A stretch of DNA of 64,000 nucleotides, from contig CAWIGG010000006.1 of the NCBI GenBank assembly GCA_963835575.1, positions 128,001 to 192,000 of the forward strand. Reading direction: 5' to 3'. Made by a program: the position numbers and the translations under genes. The stretch comes from an uncultured Spirochaetota bacterium (GTDB lineage: Bacteria > Spirochaetota > Brevinematia > Brevinematales > JAOACQ01). Within the stretch, counting starts at the first letter, position 1. Each line of letters begins with the position of its first letter. Below, piece by piece: positions 9,334 through 18,604 of the stretch. The notes under the pieces are model-generated. The model was not told the DNA's origin. It searched no databases and saw nothing but the letters and a program-made list of their open reading frames with translations.

Positions 9334-10836
9334 TCATTTTGTCTTGAGATATTTATTGTAGATCCATCCCATCACCTTGTTTTTTTCATCGTAAACATAG
9401 CTCCATTTTCCCTTTTCGGCTATCACCAGCACCTTGTCTCCCTTCACAAGTACCGACGCTATGTAATATTGAGTATAGTTTTTGGACTCTTCGGCGGTCT
9501 TATCCCAGTCCTTGAAAGATTCAAACTCTATACGTCTCACGGCGACATAGTCCCCCGTCAGGACAGCCTCCGCCGGATCCTCAAGCGACAGCCGGAGCGC
9601 CGTTCTGTCCATCGTGATTTCGAAATCATCCTTTTTTACCTTGATATAACCCCGGTTCATGGCGTAAGCGACAACATTTGAAGCGCTTTCGATCACGGGA
9701 AACATCAAGGGGTATACTCCATTGCGGTTTTTTTGGTAAATAATATTGCCGTCTTTGTCTCTGAAATAATCGCCGAGATTACCGTTTTCGTTGGCGGGTA
9801 TAGTTATATACTTCCCATCCTGTCCCTCGTTTGATATAATATAAAAATTAATATTGTTTGAAATTAAGCCTTCCTGATATTTTGATGTTTCAATTTCGAT
9901 AATAGCGGTATCATTGTCGTCTGTTAAATAATAATAAGCTTTGACAGCATCCCCTTTCTTAAGTTCCGTAAACTGGATGTTGGTCAAGCCGGGATCTGCA
10001 TCTGAGGAATAGATTGAAAAGTAAACGGGTAGGGGCTTGTTGATCACAATTTTATCCCTTATGGACACCGCTTCGCAGTTTCCGCTGTCCGGATTAAGGA
10101 CAAGAATCCCGTTTTTCCCCAAAAAAAAGATTTTGCTGTTAAAATAACCGGTATCGATCAGATCGACCGCCATCGGCAGCCTGAAGAAGGCGTTTCTTTT
10201 TTCATTGAACAGGACATAGTTGTCTTCAGGAAGGTCCAATGTGCCCATTCCGGCCGTTTTCTTTCCGAAAATGATCAGGTCGACATTGCGGAATTTATAG
10301 AATTTTTTAATTTCGCACTGTGTATCCATCTCGAAGTCGACGCGCTGTCCGGTGCCGGTATCGAAAAAAGTGCAATCGCATTGAGCAGAATCGGGACTAA
10401 CCCCGACGTTTGCTACAAAAAGGAACCTATTGTTGACAAGAGCAAATGCCGGCGGATAATCGGGGGTGAATTCAAATTCGCCTTTTATCGCGGAATTTTT
10501 TGCCTTGAAAGAGTATTTGAGAAAGTATCCTTTGAATGAATAATTCAATACGCCGTCCTTGAAACGGTAAGTCCCGGTATAACTTTCCCGGTCCTCTTTT
10601 TTTATCTCGTAACTTTGAATCGAGCTCGAGCCTTTATATTCGTTCTTTTTTGCCAGGTTTTCCAGGAACAGCGTTTTATCGAGCCTTCCGGGAGACCAGT
10701 ATATTTTTGCGTTGGTGACCAGTAAGGATGATTGCAGGGAATCGGAAAAACCGATTTTTTTAGGACTTACAGGATCGCCGTAAATCATGGAAATACAATT
10801 GATAAGTATCATAAGCGGGATGAAAATGAATTTCAT
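9334..10836 (-). CDS. Secreted hypothetical protein with C-terminal SH3b-like domain (paralog of 10986-12524)
   Basis: ATG at 10836 follows AGGAGG and begins a signal-like peptide. C-terminus LTGDYVAVR...KGDKVLVIAEKGKWSYV...GWIYNKYLK. Confidence 0.7.
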   Translation of the reverse strand: MKFIFIPLMILINCISMIYGDPVSPKKIGFSDSLQSSLLVTNAKIYWSPGRLDKTLFLENLAKKNEYKGSSSIQSYEIKKEDRESYTGTYRFKDGVLNYSFKGYFLKYSFKAKNSAIKGEFEFTPDYPPAFALVNNRFLFVANVGVSPDSAQCDCTFFDTGTGQRVDFEMDTQCEIKKFYKFRNVDLIIFGKKTAGMGTLDLPEDNYVLFNEKRNAFFRLPMAVDLIDTGYFNSKIFFLGKNGILVLNPDSGNCEAVSIRDKIVINKPLPVYFSIYSSDADPGLTNIQFTELKKGDAVKAYYYLTDDNDTAIIEIETSKYQEGLISNNINFYIISNEGQDGKYITIPANENGNLGDYFRDKDGNIIYQKNRNGVYPLMFPVIESASNVVAYAMNRGYIKVKKDDFEITMDRTALRLSLEDPAEAVLTGDYVAVRRIEFESFKDWDKTAEESKNYTQYYIASVLVKGDKVLVIAEKGKWSYVYDEKNKVMGWIYNKYLKTK

Positions 10837-10985
10837 TTTGATCCTCCTGAAATTTAATGGCTTTCCGGTAAAGATTTTCACTTTTCCATTCAGGGCATAT
10901 TTTGACACAAGCTCTTTGGTCCATTTTTCAAGCTCCATAGTTTTATCTCCTTGTAGCAAAGGAGCCAAAATATTTATAAACGGAA

Positions 10986-12524
10986 CTATACTTTCGCTTT
11001 AAGGTATTTATTATATATCCATCCTGATTTTTGATTCTTGACATCATTCACAAAGCTCCATTTTCCCTTTTCGATCAAAACGAATACCGTGTCACCGGTC
11101 ATAAGTCTTGATAGGATGGGATAGTTTGAATATTCCTTCGAATCGTCCGCGGATTTTTCCCAATCCCTGAAGGCTGCCGGATCGAGATTTCTCAGATAGA
11201 CATTATCCCCGGTCAGGGCGGCTTCCTTAGGCTCCTGGATCAGGATTTTAAAATTCTGCCTGTCGGCGTTAAAATCGATACCTTCCGGGTTCGGCTGGAT
11301 TAGGCGGCGGTTCATTTCGAAATAGACTTGGTCCGGCGTCTTTTTAGTCAGAGGGAACGAAAGCGGGTAAATCCCCCTGCGGTTATTCTCATAGATGACG
11401 GAGCCGTTCGTGTCACTGACATAATATCGGTGAAATGAGTTGTTCAGATCGAAGACAACGGAATAGGAATCGTTCAGCCCGGCGGTATGATTGGTTATTA
11501 CAGAAATAAAATCGTTTGAGACCGTCCCTGTCCAATGATAAGACGTATCGATTTCGATGAGAGGATCGCCGTCCCGGTTGGTCGTATAAAAATAAGCCCT
11601 GATATCATGGCTGTCAGGGCCAATATGTTCCAATTGAAGGTTCGTAAATCTGAAATTAAGAAGCGGGTAGCCGTTCGTATCGCTGTATTCGTCATAGACA
11701 GGTAGGGAAACCGGTATAGTATTATGGATTGTCAGTCGGCGGTCCAGGGTCATAAGGGTGCTCTCCCCGCTCAGGGGATTGAAGGCAAAAAGCCCCCGGG
11801 TCGTCACGAAAATCAGTTTATTGTTATCATTCCGGGCATCCAGAAGGTTTCCGGGCACCGGAAACCTCATGAAGACATTCTTCTTTTCGTTGAATATGAC
11901 ATAGTCGTTTAACGGTATCAATATGCGGTTGATGCTCCGATTGCCGGGATTTCCGAAAACAATGACCGTGATGTCTTTGAATTTCTCGGCAAGCTTGATC
12001 TCGGCCCGTTCCATACCGAAGCGCAGATTTTGTCCTGTGACAATATCATAAAAAGCACAGTCCATCAAATCGTAATCGGGATCTATTGCCCGCGAAACGA
12101 CCATAAGAAGTCTGCCGCCGATCAAGGCGAACTCCGGCGGCTGAGAGCTGTCGGTCTGAAATTCCCCTTTGATGATATTTCCATTCTTCATTTTAAGGCT
12201 GAATTTGCCGGATATTCCCTTTACCGAATAATTCAGAACGTCAGAGCCGAAATTGTGCGATCCCGAATAATCTTTCGAGCCTTCTGTAGCCGGGCTGAAT
12301 TTGTTGATTTTTAAGCCAGTGAGGGCGTTCTTTTTGGAAAGGTACTCGAAGAACAGGGATTTATCGAGCCTTCCGGACAACCAGTAGATCTTGTTATTCG
12401 TGACCTCGAGAGACGCCTGAGAGCACTCCTGAAAGTCGATGGTTTCCGTAGTCATAACATCGGCGATCGAAAATGTTGCAGGAATCAGCATAATGACGAT
12501 GATGGGAATTAAAGAAAGTCTCAT
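10986..12524 (-). CDS. Secreted hypothetical protein with C-terminal SH3b-like domain
   Basis: GAGGAG RBS and signal peptide. Shares IYWxxGRLDK, RxGxYPLxFP and GWIYNKYLK blocks with its neighbour. Confidence 0.72.
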   Translation of the reverse strand: MRLSLIPIIVIMLIPATFSIADVMTTETIDFQECSQASLEVTNNKIYWLSGRLDKSLFFEYLSKKNALTGLKINKFSPATEGSKDYSGSHNFGSDVLNYSVKGISGKFSLKMKNGNIIKGEFQTDSSQPPEFALIGGRLLMVVSRAIDPDYDLMDCAFYDIVTGQNLRFGMERAEIKLAEKFKDITVIVFGNPGNRSINRILIPLNDYVIFNEKKNVFMRFPVPGNLLDARNDNNKLIFVTTRGLFAFNPLSGESTLMTLDRRLTIHNTIPVSLPVYDEYSDTNGYPLLNFRFTNLQLEHIGPDSHDIRAYFYTTNRDGDPLIEIDTSYHWTGTVSNDFISVITNHTAGLNDSYSVVFDLNNSFHRYYVSDTNGSVIYENNRRGIYPLSFPLTKKTPDQVYFEMNRRLIQPNPEGIDFNADRQNFKILIQEPKEAALTGDNVYLRNLDPAAFRDWEKSADDSKEYSNYPILSRLMTGDTVFVLIEKGKWSFVNDVKNQKSGWIYNKYLKAKV

Positions 12525-12534
12525 TCAAATCTCC

Positions 12535-13320
12535 TCATATCCCGAAATCGTATTCGATGGAAACCCTTCCGTTTTGATGCTTTTTAAAAATAAGGGATGC
12601 GAATGAAGATTCCACTGCTTGTTTATAATCTTTTCGTATTTTTAAATACTGAAGATCTGCGGTGCCGGTATGGGGAAGGGATAACGTATGCCGGGCGGCC
12701 TCAAAATGATAGTTTGTGAATTCTTCATCATTATTCAGAGCCAAATTGCTCTGATCAGCCGGGATATCGGTGCTTTTATTTATCGATTCCGTATAGTATT
12801 TTGTTATCAGATAGGCTTCCTCGATTGTTCCGGCCGGGAGATAAATAATATATCTGCCCCATTCCCATCCCAGATCCGACTTGACAACGATGCCGTTTTC
12901 GTAAACGTCCACCGTCTCGGTCTGGGACGATTCCCCGGTATCGCCGGTATCGTCCAGCAATACATGGTCCCGGAGCTTGAAATTGTTCGAGATATAGCTG
13001 ACGAGGTCCGGGCAGGTTTTTTCCGGCGGTTTGAACCTTGTCAGATAGCCGCCGAAAACATAGCCGGTTTTATTGTCATAACGGACTTTTGCCCAATTTC
13101 CGGCAATGCCGTCGTCCATCAATTCCGTCTTTCCGGTTTGTTCAAGAAGAGTCACTTTGCCTTTGAATGGTATTTTTGCCAGGAGCTTGCTTTCTTTACC
13201 AGGCTGTTCCCTCAAGGAAAGGTATGTCGAGCACAAAGCATAATATTCGTTGCTTTGCTTCTTATCTTCGCCGCTGCAGAATACCGGGAAAAGGAAAAAA
13301 AGAATTATGAAGAACCTCAT
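12535..13320 (-). CDS. Exported SH3b-domain protein
   Basis: Signal peptide; LSLREQPGKESKLLAKIPF...GNWAKVRY...GYVFGGYL is a bacterial SH3 signature. Confidence 0.8.
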   Translation of the reverse strand: MRFFIILFFLFPVFCSGEDKKQSNEYYALCSTYLSLREQPGKESKLLAKIPFKGKVTLLEQTGKTELMDDGIAGNWAKVRYDNKTGYVFGGYLTRFKPPEKTCPDLVSYISNNFKLRDHVLLDDTGDTGESSQTETVDVYENGIVVKSDLGWEWGRYIIYLPAGTIEEAYLITKYYTESINKSTDIPADQSNLALNNDEEFTNYHFEAARHTLSLPHTGTADLQYLKIRKDYKQAVESSFASLIFKKHQNGRVSIEYDFGI

Positions 13321-13391
13321 TTTATCCTCCTACGAAAAATTAAAAAATGAAGGGACATGGTGTACCGGGTCTGCCGGAATAGCGCATGAAA

Positions 13392-13610
13392 TTACATCGC
13401 ATCTGCTATGTTTAAAATAATTCTGTTTTCAACCGTAATGGATTCGTTTAAATTATGATAATGCCCGATTAAATGATCCTTCAATATTTCACAAGCCCTA
13501 CTATGAGTGTTATCGCTGACCAAATGTGTAAAGGAATAGGCCTTATTGAAAATAAAATTATACGCTTCTTCCAATTTGATCTTTTCTTTCCATTTCCAAT
13601 CGGCTCCAGC
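13392..13610 (-). pseudogene. C-terminal gene remnant, possibly a methyltransferase tail
   Basis: Protein-like reading (…EEAYNFIFNKAYSFTHLVSD…) with no credible start; truncated next to the IS end at 13625-13640. Confidence 0.4.
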
Positions 13611-13624
13611 TTTCTCAATATTGG

Positions 13625-13640
13625 GTTTTTCTACAGATTC
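13625..13640. mobile_element. Isolated IS1182-type terminal inverted repeat abutting an attC R'' box
   Basis: GTTTTTCTACAGATTC|GTT resembles CTTTTTCTACAAACAC|GTT (38835-38853) and CTTTTTCGACAGGGTC|GTT (42612-42630). Confidence 0.6.
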
Positions 13641-13662
13641 GTTGAGCGAAGTTGTTGGCCAT
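13641..13662 (-). other. attC R'' remnant closing the methyltransferase cassette
   Basis: Minus strand ATGGCCAACAACTTCGCTCAAC directly after the stop codon; complementary to the cassette start GTTAGCTGAAATTGTTGGCGAT. Confidence 0.7.
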
Positions 13663-14448
13663 CTATACTTGAGCTTCTACTTCCAATCTTTTCATTTTAA
13701 CATGACAAATATTATTTTTATCTAAAGGATATTTTTGAATATAATCTTCAGCAATTTCATTAATTAAAATATTCTTCTCATTTTCTTGGACTCTTTGGAT
13801 ATAAGACGAAAATGCTGTTCTAATCCAGTCAAATAATCCTTCTTTTCCAATTTGCGTCATATCTTTATCTATTAACTCGACTCTTTTAGCTTTTAAGCCA
13901 GCTTCTAATATCCAGTTCATATATTCATCTTTATCAAAATACCAAAATAGATTTGTAAAATCTTTAAAATAACTTTTCCATTTCTCCTTTTTAATAATAT
14001 TTTCTACTATTGCAATTAAATCTTCTTGATTTCCTTTTCCACCCATCTGTAAAAAAACTTTTCCATCTGGTTTTAAAGCTTTTTTTATTTTTTTTAAAAC
14101 AGTTAACTGATCATTTATCCAATGAAGTGTTGCTGTCGAAAAAATAATATTAAATTCTTTTTCAAAATTAATATTCCTTGCATCTATAAATAGAAAATCA
14201 ATATTTTTATAATTTGATTTATTATATTTATTTTTTGAATAATTTATCATTTCTAATGAAGCATCTATTCCTAATATAAAACCTTGGGGAATTAATTTTG
14301 ATATTTCAGCAGTAATTATTCCATCACCACAACCAATATCTAATATTTTTTCAGTTCCTTTTAATGATAGTTTAGATATTAATTCAAAAGCCCAATATTT
14401 TTGTTGAGATGAACTTTTATTATAATCTTCAGGATTCCACTTAATCAT
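13663..14448 (-). CDS. Class I SAM-dependent methyltransferase (trans-aconitate MT-like), integron cassette
   Basis: WNPEDY, ILDIGCGDG, IFSTATLHW; very AT-rich and bounded by attC boxes. Confidence 0.88.
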   Translation of the reverse strand: MIKWNPEDYNKSSSQQKYWAFELISKLSLKGTEKILDIGCGDGIITAEISKLIPQGFILGIDASLEMINYSKNKYNKSNYKNIDFLFIDARNINFEKEFNIIFSTATLHWINDQLTVLKKIKKALKPDGKVFLQMGGKGNQEDLIAIVENIIKKEKWKSYFKDFTNLFWYFDKDEYMNWILEAGLKAKRVELIDKDMTQIGKEGLFDWIRTAFSSYIQRVQENEKNILINEIAEDYIQKYPLDKNNICHVKMKRLEVEAQV

Positions 14449-14478
14449 TTAATTAACCTCCAAATCGCCAACAATTTC

Positions 14479-14641
14479 AGCTAACGGTGCGGCTTGGCGA
14501 CGTTTTGCGGTCCGAAGGACTGGCGCGACTTTTGCGTCCCACGCAGCAAAAGTCGTGACAGAGCCAAATGTGTCCGCAGGACCGAGGACCGCCCGGAGAC
14601 CGCAGTCGAGGACGGACCGGAGCGCTAAGCCGTCGTTGTGC
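14479..14641 (-). other. Integron attC site (163 bp, intact)
   Basis: Minus strand R'' GCACAAC ... R' GTTAGCT. GC-rich imperfect hairpin (CGGCTTAGCG/CGCCAAGCCG outer stem; CGACTTTTGC/GCAAAAGTCG inner stem) between two AT-rich same-strand ORFs. Confidence 0.88.
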
Positions 14642-14651
14642 GAAGTTGGCA

Positions 14652-15116
14652 TTAATTTTTGATAATTAATAAGTCTTCATTTGATGGTATTTCACCATTT
14701 TTATATTTATGTAAATCACAGTATAATAGCAATAAAATTATTGAACCAAATCTCAATTGTTTCCAGTTTTTTCCTTTTGATTCATCAATTAAATCTTTTG
14801 CATATTTAGCTAAATTTGGACATTGATCAGCTAACTTTCTTGATTCTTTAATTATAAAACCTTCATTTCCATTATTTATATGGTCTTGAAATTCTTTGAT
14901 AAATTCATCATCTTTAATATTATTTTGAAATCTTATTTTTGATGTTATTTGCATTGCGAGCATTTCTGCATCTTGTAAATTTGATAATTTACTTTGAACA
15001 TCAATTACATTAATATTTTTAATTTTTTCCCGGCTCATTTTTTTCATAACATTAGTAATTACCATAATTAGTATTATAACAACAACTATAAAACCTAATA
15101 CATAAATAAGAGTCAT
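14652..15116 (-). CDS. Hypothetical membrane-anchored protein, integron cassette
   Basis: GGAGG RBS, N-terminal TM helix, AT-rich; flanked by a perfect 23-bp inverted repeat (14637-14659 / 15135-15157). Confidence 0.7.
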   Translation of the reverse strand: MTLIYVLGFIVVVIILIMVITNVMKKMSREKIKNINVIDVQSKLSNLQDAEMLAMQITSKIRFQNNIKDDEFIKEFQDHINNGNEGFIIKESRKLADQCPNLAKYAKDLIDESKGKNWKQLRFGSIILLLLYCDLHKYKNGEIPSNEDLLIIKN

Positions 15117-15152
15117 ATATCAAAACCTCCAACTAAAATTAATGCCAACTTC

Positions 15153-15186
15153 GCACAGACGGTGCGGCTATACGACGTGGCGGTGG
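15153..15186 (-). other. Collapsed (internally deleted) attC site
   Basis: Retains CGTCGTATAGCCGCACCGT, identical to the 3' half of the attC at 40851-40905, but lacks R''/L''. Confidence 0.7.
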
Positions 15187-15200
15187 TGTTTTTCTAATGT

Positions 15201-16100
15201 CTATTCTTCAATAAAATAATCCGTATCTACTTTGCTAATTTTAAAACTTCTTTTAATAGAAACACCCACTTCATTTTCAATCATTAATTCTGTCAATTTC
15301 TTTCCATCAATTAAAATTATAGCACAATCAATATTTTGTGCATATTCAAGTGCTTCTTTTGAAAATGAGGATGTTGTAATAAATATTCCTTTTTTAGCTC
15401 TTTTGCCTTGAAGTGCACCAACAAATTTTTGTATTTCTGGACAAACAACAACATTATCCCATTTTTTAGCTTGAAGATATATTTTATCTAATCCCAATTT
15501 ATCTTCCTTAATTATTCCATCAATACCTTCATCATTAGTTTTTTGAGTTACTTCACCATTTTCAATATCAGAACCACCATAACCAATTTTAATTAATAAG
15601 TCAACAACTAATTTTTCAAAAAAGTATGAAGAACCATCTTTTATTTGATTAATTAATTGGAGTGACAATTCATCCGTTATTTGTTTAAAGCCAATTTCAA
15701 TTAATTCATCTGGAGTTTTTTCCAATATTTCTTCACTGGTTTCTATGGAATCATCTTTATCTGGATTTTTATTTTTTGAAAAAGCAGGAAATTCTTTTAA
15801 AAATGAAATAGTTATTTTAACCGGTGGGCTTTTTAAAACCTTTTTACCGGTAATAGTAATTTGATATTCTCCTCTGCGTGGTGATGATATTAAATCAGCC
15901 TTTTTCAAATATGCCATAGCCCAGGCAACCCTATTATAATAAAGGGGCTGAGTACCGGAAGAAATCTTTTCTTTTTGTTCATCATCAGATATTTTAAAAT
16001 GGTTAATCATTTCTAATCTGATATCTCTATGTGTTTTTATTGTATCGTTCTTTAAAGCATTGAGCATTGGTAACATAATAGACTGAAAATCAGGTATCAT
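15201..16100 (-). CDS. mrr: Mrr restriction endonuclease (type IV), integron cassette
   Basis: MIPDFQSIMLP, NRVAWAMAYL (Mrr_N); FFEKLVVDLL, DEGIDGII, YLQAKKW, KGIFITTSSF, LIDGKKL. Confidence 0.93.
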   Translation of the reverse strand: MIPDFQSIMLPMLNALKNDTIKTHRDIRLEMINHFKISDDEQKEKISSGTQPLYYNRVAWAMAYLKKADLISSPRRGEYQITITGKKVLKSPPVKITISFLKEFPAFSKNKNPDKDDSIETSEEILEKTPDELIEIGFKQITDELSLQLINQIKDGSSYFFEKLVVDLLIKIGYGGSDIENGEVTQKTNDEGIDGIIKEDKLGLDKIYLQAKKWDNVVVCPEIQKFVGALQGKRAKKGIFITTSSFSKEALEYAQNIDCAIILIDGKKLTELMIENEVGVSIKRSFKISKVDTDYFIEE

Positions 16101-16133
16101 AAGTATTTCTCCTTGAAAATATAATTCACCAGC

Positions 16134-16153
16134 CCACCGCCAGGTCGTCTAAC
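16134..16153 (-). other. Cassette entry point (R' GTTAGAC) of the Mrr cassette
   Basis: Minus strand GTTAGACGACCTGGCGGTGG, complementary (14/15) to the cassette's far end at 15172-15186. Lies 22 bp after the hldD stop, with no attC hairpin upstream. Confidence 0.7.
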
Positions 16154-16174
16154 TAATAATATATGAATAAAATA

Positions 16175-17125
16175 CTATCCCGGCATCAAATATCCGCCGC
16201 TTTTTCTGAGTATTTCTGCGTAGGCGGCGACGCCTTTTTCAAGAGAAGTGAATTCTTTCGAGTAGCCGGCATTGCGGAGCTGTGCGAGATCGGCGCGGGT
16301 ATAGCCCTGGTATTTACCCTTAAGCTCTTCGGGGAAAGGAATGAACTCTATTTTTGAGCCCGGGAACGATCCCTCCATTATTTCGGCGATTTTGAGAAAG
16401 CTCTCGGCCTGTCCGGTGCCGCAGTTAAAGATGCCTTTCTTTGAGGGGTTTTTCCTGAAAAAGAGATTGATGTCTACGATGTCTTTCACGAAAATAAAAT
16501 CCCGTAAAAAATCCGCGCTTCCCTCAAAAAGCCTGATCCGGCTTTCTTTCATGATCTCATTATAAAAATGATAGACGACGGAAGCCATTCTGCCCTTGTG
16601 GTTTTCCTGCGGGCCATAGACATTGAAGTACCGGAGGCCTATGATCTGGCTCCTGCTTCTATGAATGATCTTTCTGACATACTGGTCAAAAAGGTATTTG
16701 GAAAAGGCGTAGATATTCAGAGGGTATTCACAGCTTCTTTCCTCTTTAAAGCCTTTTTTACCGTCGCCGTAAACCGAAGCGGAGGAAGCGTAGATAAAGG
16801 GGATCCTGTTTTCCAGGCAGAAATGGAGGACAAGCTTGGAATATTCGTAATTATTTTCCATCATATATTTGCCGTCCTGTTCCATCGTGTCGGAGCAGGC
16901 ACCCTGAAGAAAAATGCAATCGATCTTTAATTTATTGAGATGGTTTAAACTCCTGACGAAATCCAGTTTGTCCATATAGTCGGCGAATTCCAGGCTGTTG
17001 AGGTTTTTATGCTTTTCACTATTCTTAAGATTATCAACAATCAGAATGTCCTTTTCAGACTCATCATTCAGGCCCCTGACAAGGTTAGATCCTATAAAAC
17101 CAGCTCCTCCCGTGACGACGATCAT
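16175..17125 (-). CDS. hldD: ADP-L-glycero-D-manno-heptose 6-epimerase
   Basis: MIVVTGGAGFIGSNL, QGACSDT, YASSASVYG, PLNIYAFSK, LRYFNVYGPQENHKGRMASV. Confidence 0.95.
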   Translation of the reverse strand: MIVVTGGAGFIGSNLVRGLNDESEKDILIVDNLKNSEKHKNLNSLEFADYMDKLDFVRSLNHLNKLKIDCIFLQGACSDTMEQDGKYMMENNYEYSKLVLHFCLENRIPFIYASSASVYGDGKKGFKEERSCEYPLNIYAFSKYLFDQYVRKIIHRSRSQIIGLRYFNVYGPQENHKGRMASVVYHFYNEIMKESRIRLFEGSADFLRDFIFVKDIVDINLFFRKNPSKKGIFNCGTGQAESFLKIAEIMEGSFPGSKIEFIPFPEELKGKYQGYTRADLAQLRNAGYSKEFTSLEKGVAAYAEILRKSGGYLMPG

Positions 17126-18540
17126 GATTTTCCAGCCTCCATTTTTTTGATGGTATTTGTTGTCGAGTATCCTTTTAGAAAGGGAATAATAGCGGTCCGC
17201 CCGGCGAATTCTCTGCCGATGACATCTTCCGCTTTATAATCGCCGCCTTTGACCAGAATGTCCGGCCTGACGGAGCGGATCAGCCTGGCTGGAGTATCTT
17301 CGCCGAACAATACAACGGCATCTGTGACTTCCAATGCCGATAGGACTTCCGCCCGGTCGTTTTCATTGTTAACCGGCCTGCTTTTCCCTTTCAGCCGGCG
17401 GGTTGAAGCGTCGGTATTGAGGCCGATGATAAGGACGTCGCCCATTTCTTTGGCTTTTCTGAGGTATTCAACATGGCCGCGGTGCAGGATGTCAAAACAG
17501 CCGTTTGTAAAGACTATGGTTTTCCCGTCTTTTTTCCATTCTTTAACCTTGTTTAACAGTTTCGGCAGAGGCATGATTTTGCTTTCTTCTTTTTTCTCAA
17601 AGGATGTGACCAGCTCCTTTTTATTTATTGGGACAGTGCCGAACTTGCCGACGACAATACCGGCGGCCTTGTTGGCCAGTCTGACCGCGTCAGCAAGATT
17701 CATGCCGCATGCGATGCCGGCCGACAGCGCCGCTATGACCGTATCGCCGGCTCCGGAAACATCATAAACGTCCCGCGCTTCCGTCGGAATATGAAAGACA
17801 TTTTTCGGCATGATCAGGCTCATTCCCCGTTCAGAGCGGGTGACAAGAAGGTTATTAAAAGAATATTTCTTTAATATTTCCCTGCCGTGTTTTTCTATCT
17901 CGGCGTCATTGTTTTTAATGTCTTTTCCTGAAATCTCCCCGAGTTCTTTGAGGTTCGGGCTGACGAGAAAGGCATTCCGGTATTTTTCCCAGTCATTCCC
18001 CTTCGGGTCTATAATGACTGGTTTTTTGTATTTTCTGGCAGCCGCGATTATTTTTCTGCAGAGGGCCGGTGAACAAAGGCCTTTCGCGTAATCGGAGATA
18101 ATGACGGCCTGTACCCGGCCGATCAATAAATCAAGTTGCTTTTCTATTCTATTAATGAGGGCTTCCGAAGGTTCCGCGGCCTCTTCGAAATCCAGCCGCG
18201 CGATCTGCTGGTGCTCGCCTACTATCCTGAGTTTTGTGATGGTTGGAGTATTGGTCTGAATGAGGAGATCTTCAATATGGATTTTTTTCAGAAGGCCGGC
18301 CATGATTTTTCTATTCCCGTCTTTGCCGGCCGTACCGATCAGGAATGACCTTGCTCCCAGACCGGCGATATTATTCGACACATTGGCCGCGCCGCCCAGC
18401 GCGTAGCGGCAGCTCTGGATTTTCACTACTGGCACAGGCGCTTCCGGTGAAATCCTGCTGACGCGGCCTGTGTAATACTGGTCGAGCATCACGTCGCCGA
18501 TGACAAGAATGGCCGCCTTTGAAAAATCAGGTATGTTCAT
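17122..18540 (-). CDS. hldE: Bifunctional heptose 7-phosphate kinase / heptose 1-phosphate adenylyltransferase
   Basis: RISPEAPVPVV, GGAANV, SDYAKG, DVSGAGDTV, FTNGCFDILHRGH, LVKGGDY. Confidence 0.95.
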   Translation of the reverse strand: MNIPDFSKAAILVIGDVMLDQYYTGRVSRISPEAPVPVVKIQSCRYALGGAANVSNNIAGLGARSFLIGTAGKDGNRKIMAGLLKKIHIEDLLIQTNTPTITKLRIVGEHQQIARLDFEEAAEPSEALINRIEKQLDLLIGRVQAVIISDYAKGLCSPALCRKIIAAARKYKKPVIIDPKGNDWEKYRNAFLVSPNLKELGEISGKDIKNNDAEIEKHGREILKKYSFNNLLVTRSERGMSLIMPKNVFHIPTEARDVYDVSGAGDTVIAALSAGIACGMNLADAVRLANKAAGIVVGKFGTVPINKKELVTSFEKKEESKIMPLPKLLNKVKEWKKDGKTIVFTNGCFDILHRGHVEYLRKAKEMGDVLIIGLNTDASTRRLKGKSRPVNNENDRAEVLSALEVTDAVVLFGEDTPARLIRSVRPDILVKGGDYKAEDVIGREFAGRTAIIPFLKGYSTTNTIKKMEAGKS

Positions 18541-18604
18541 AGAACGTCCTTTGTTAAATATTATTCAAATTGTCATAAATTATAAATATCGAACAGCTCT
18601 TCTG

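Noticed and set aside
14449..14652. 67-aa ORF in the track
   Set aside because: It is the read-through of the attC hairpin, not a gene.
15420..15460. Mrr inactivated because VGRPE reads VVCPE
   Set aside because: The catalytic D...QAK residues and the reading frame are intact, so loss of function cannot be concluded.
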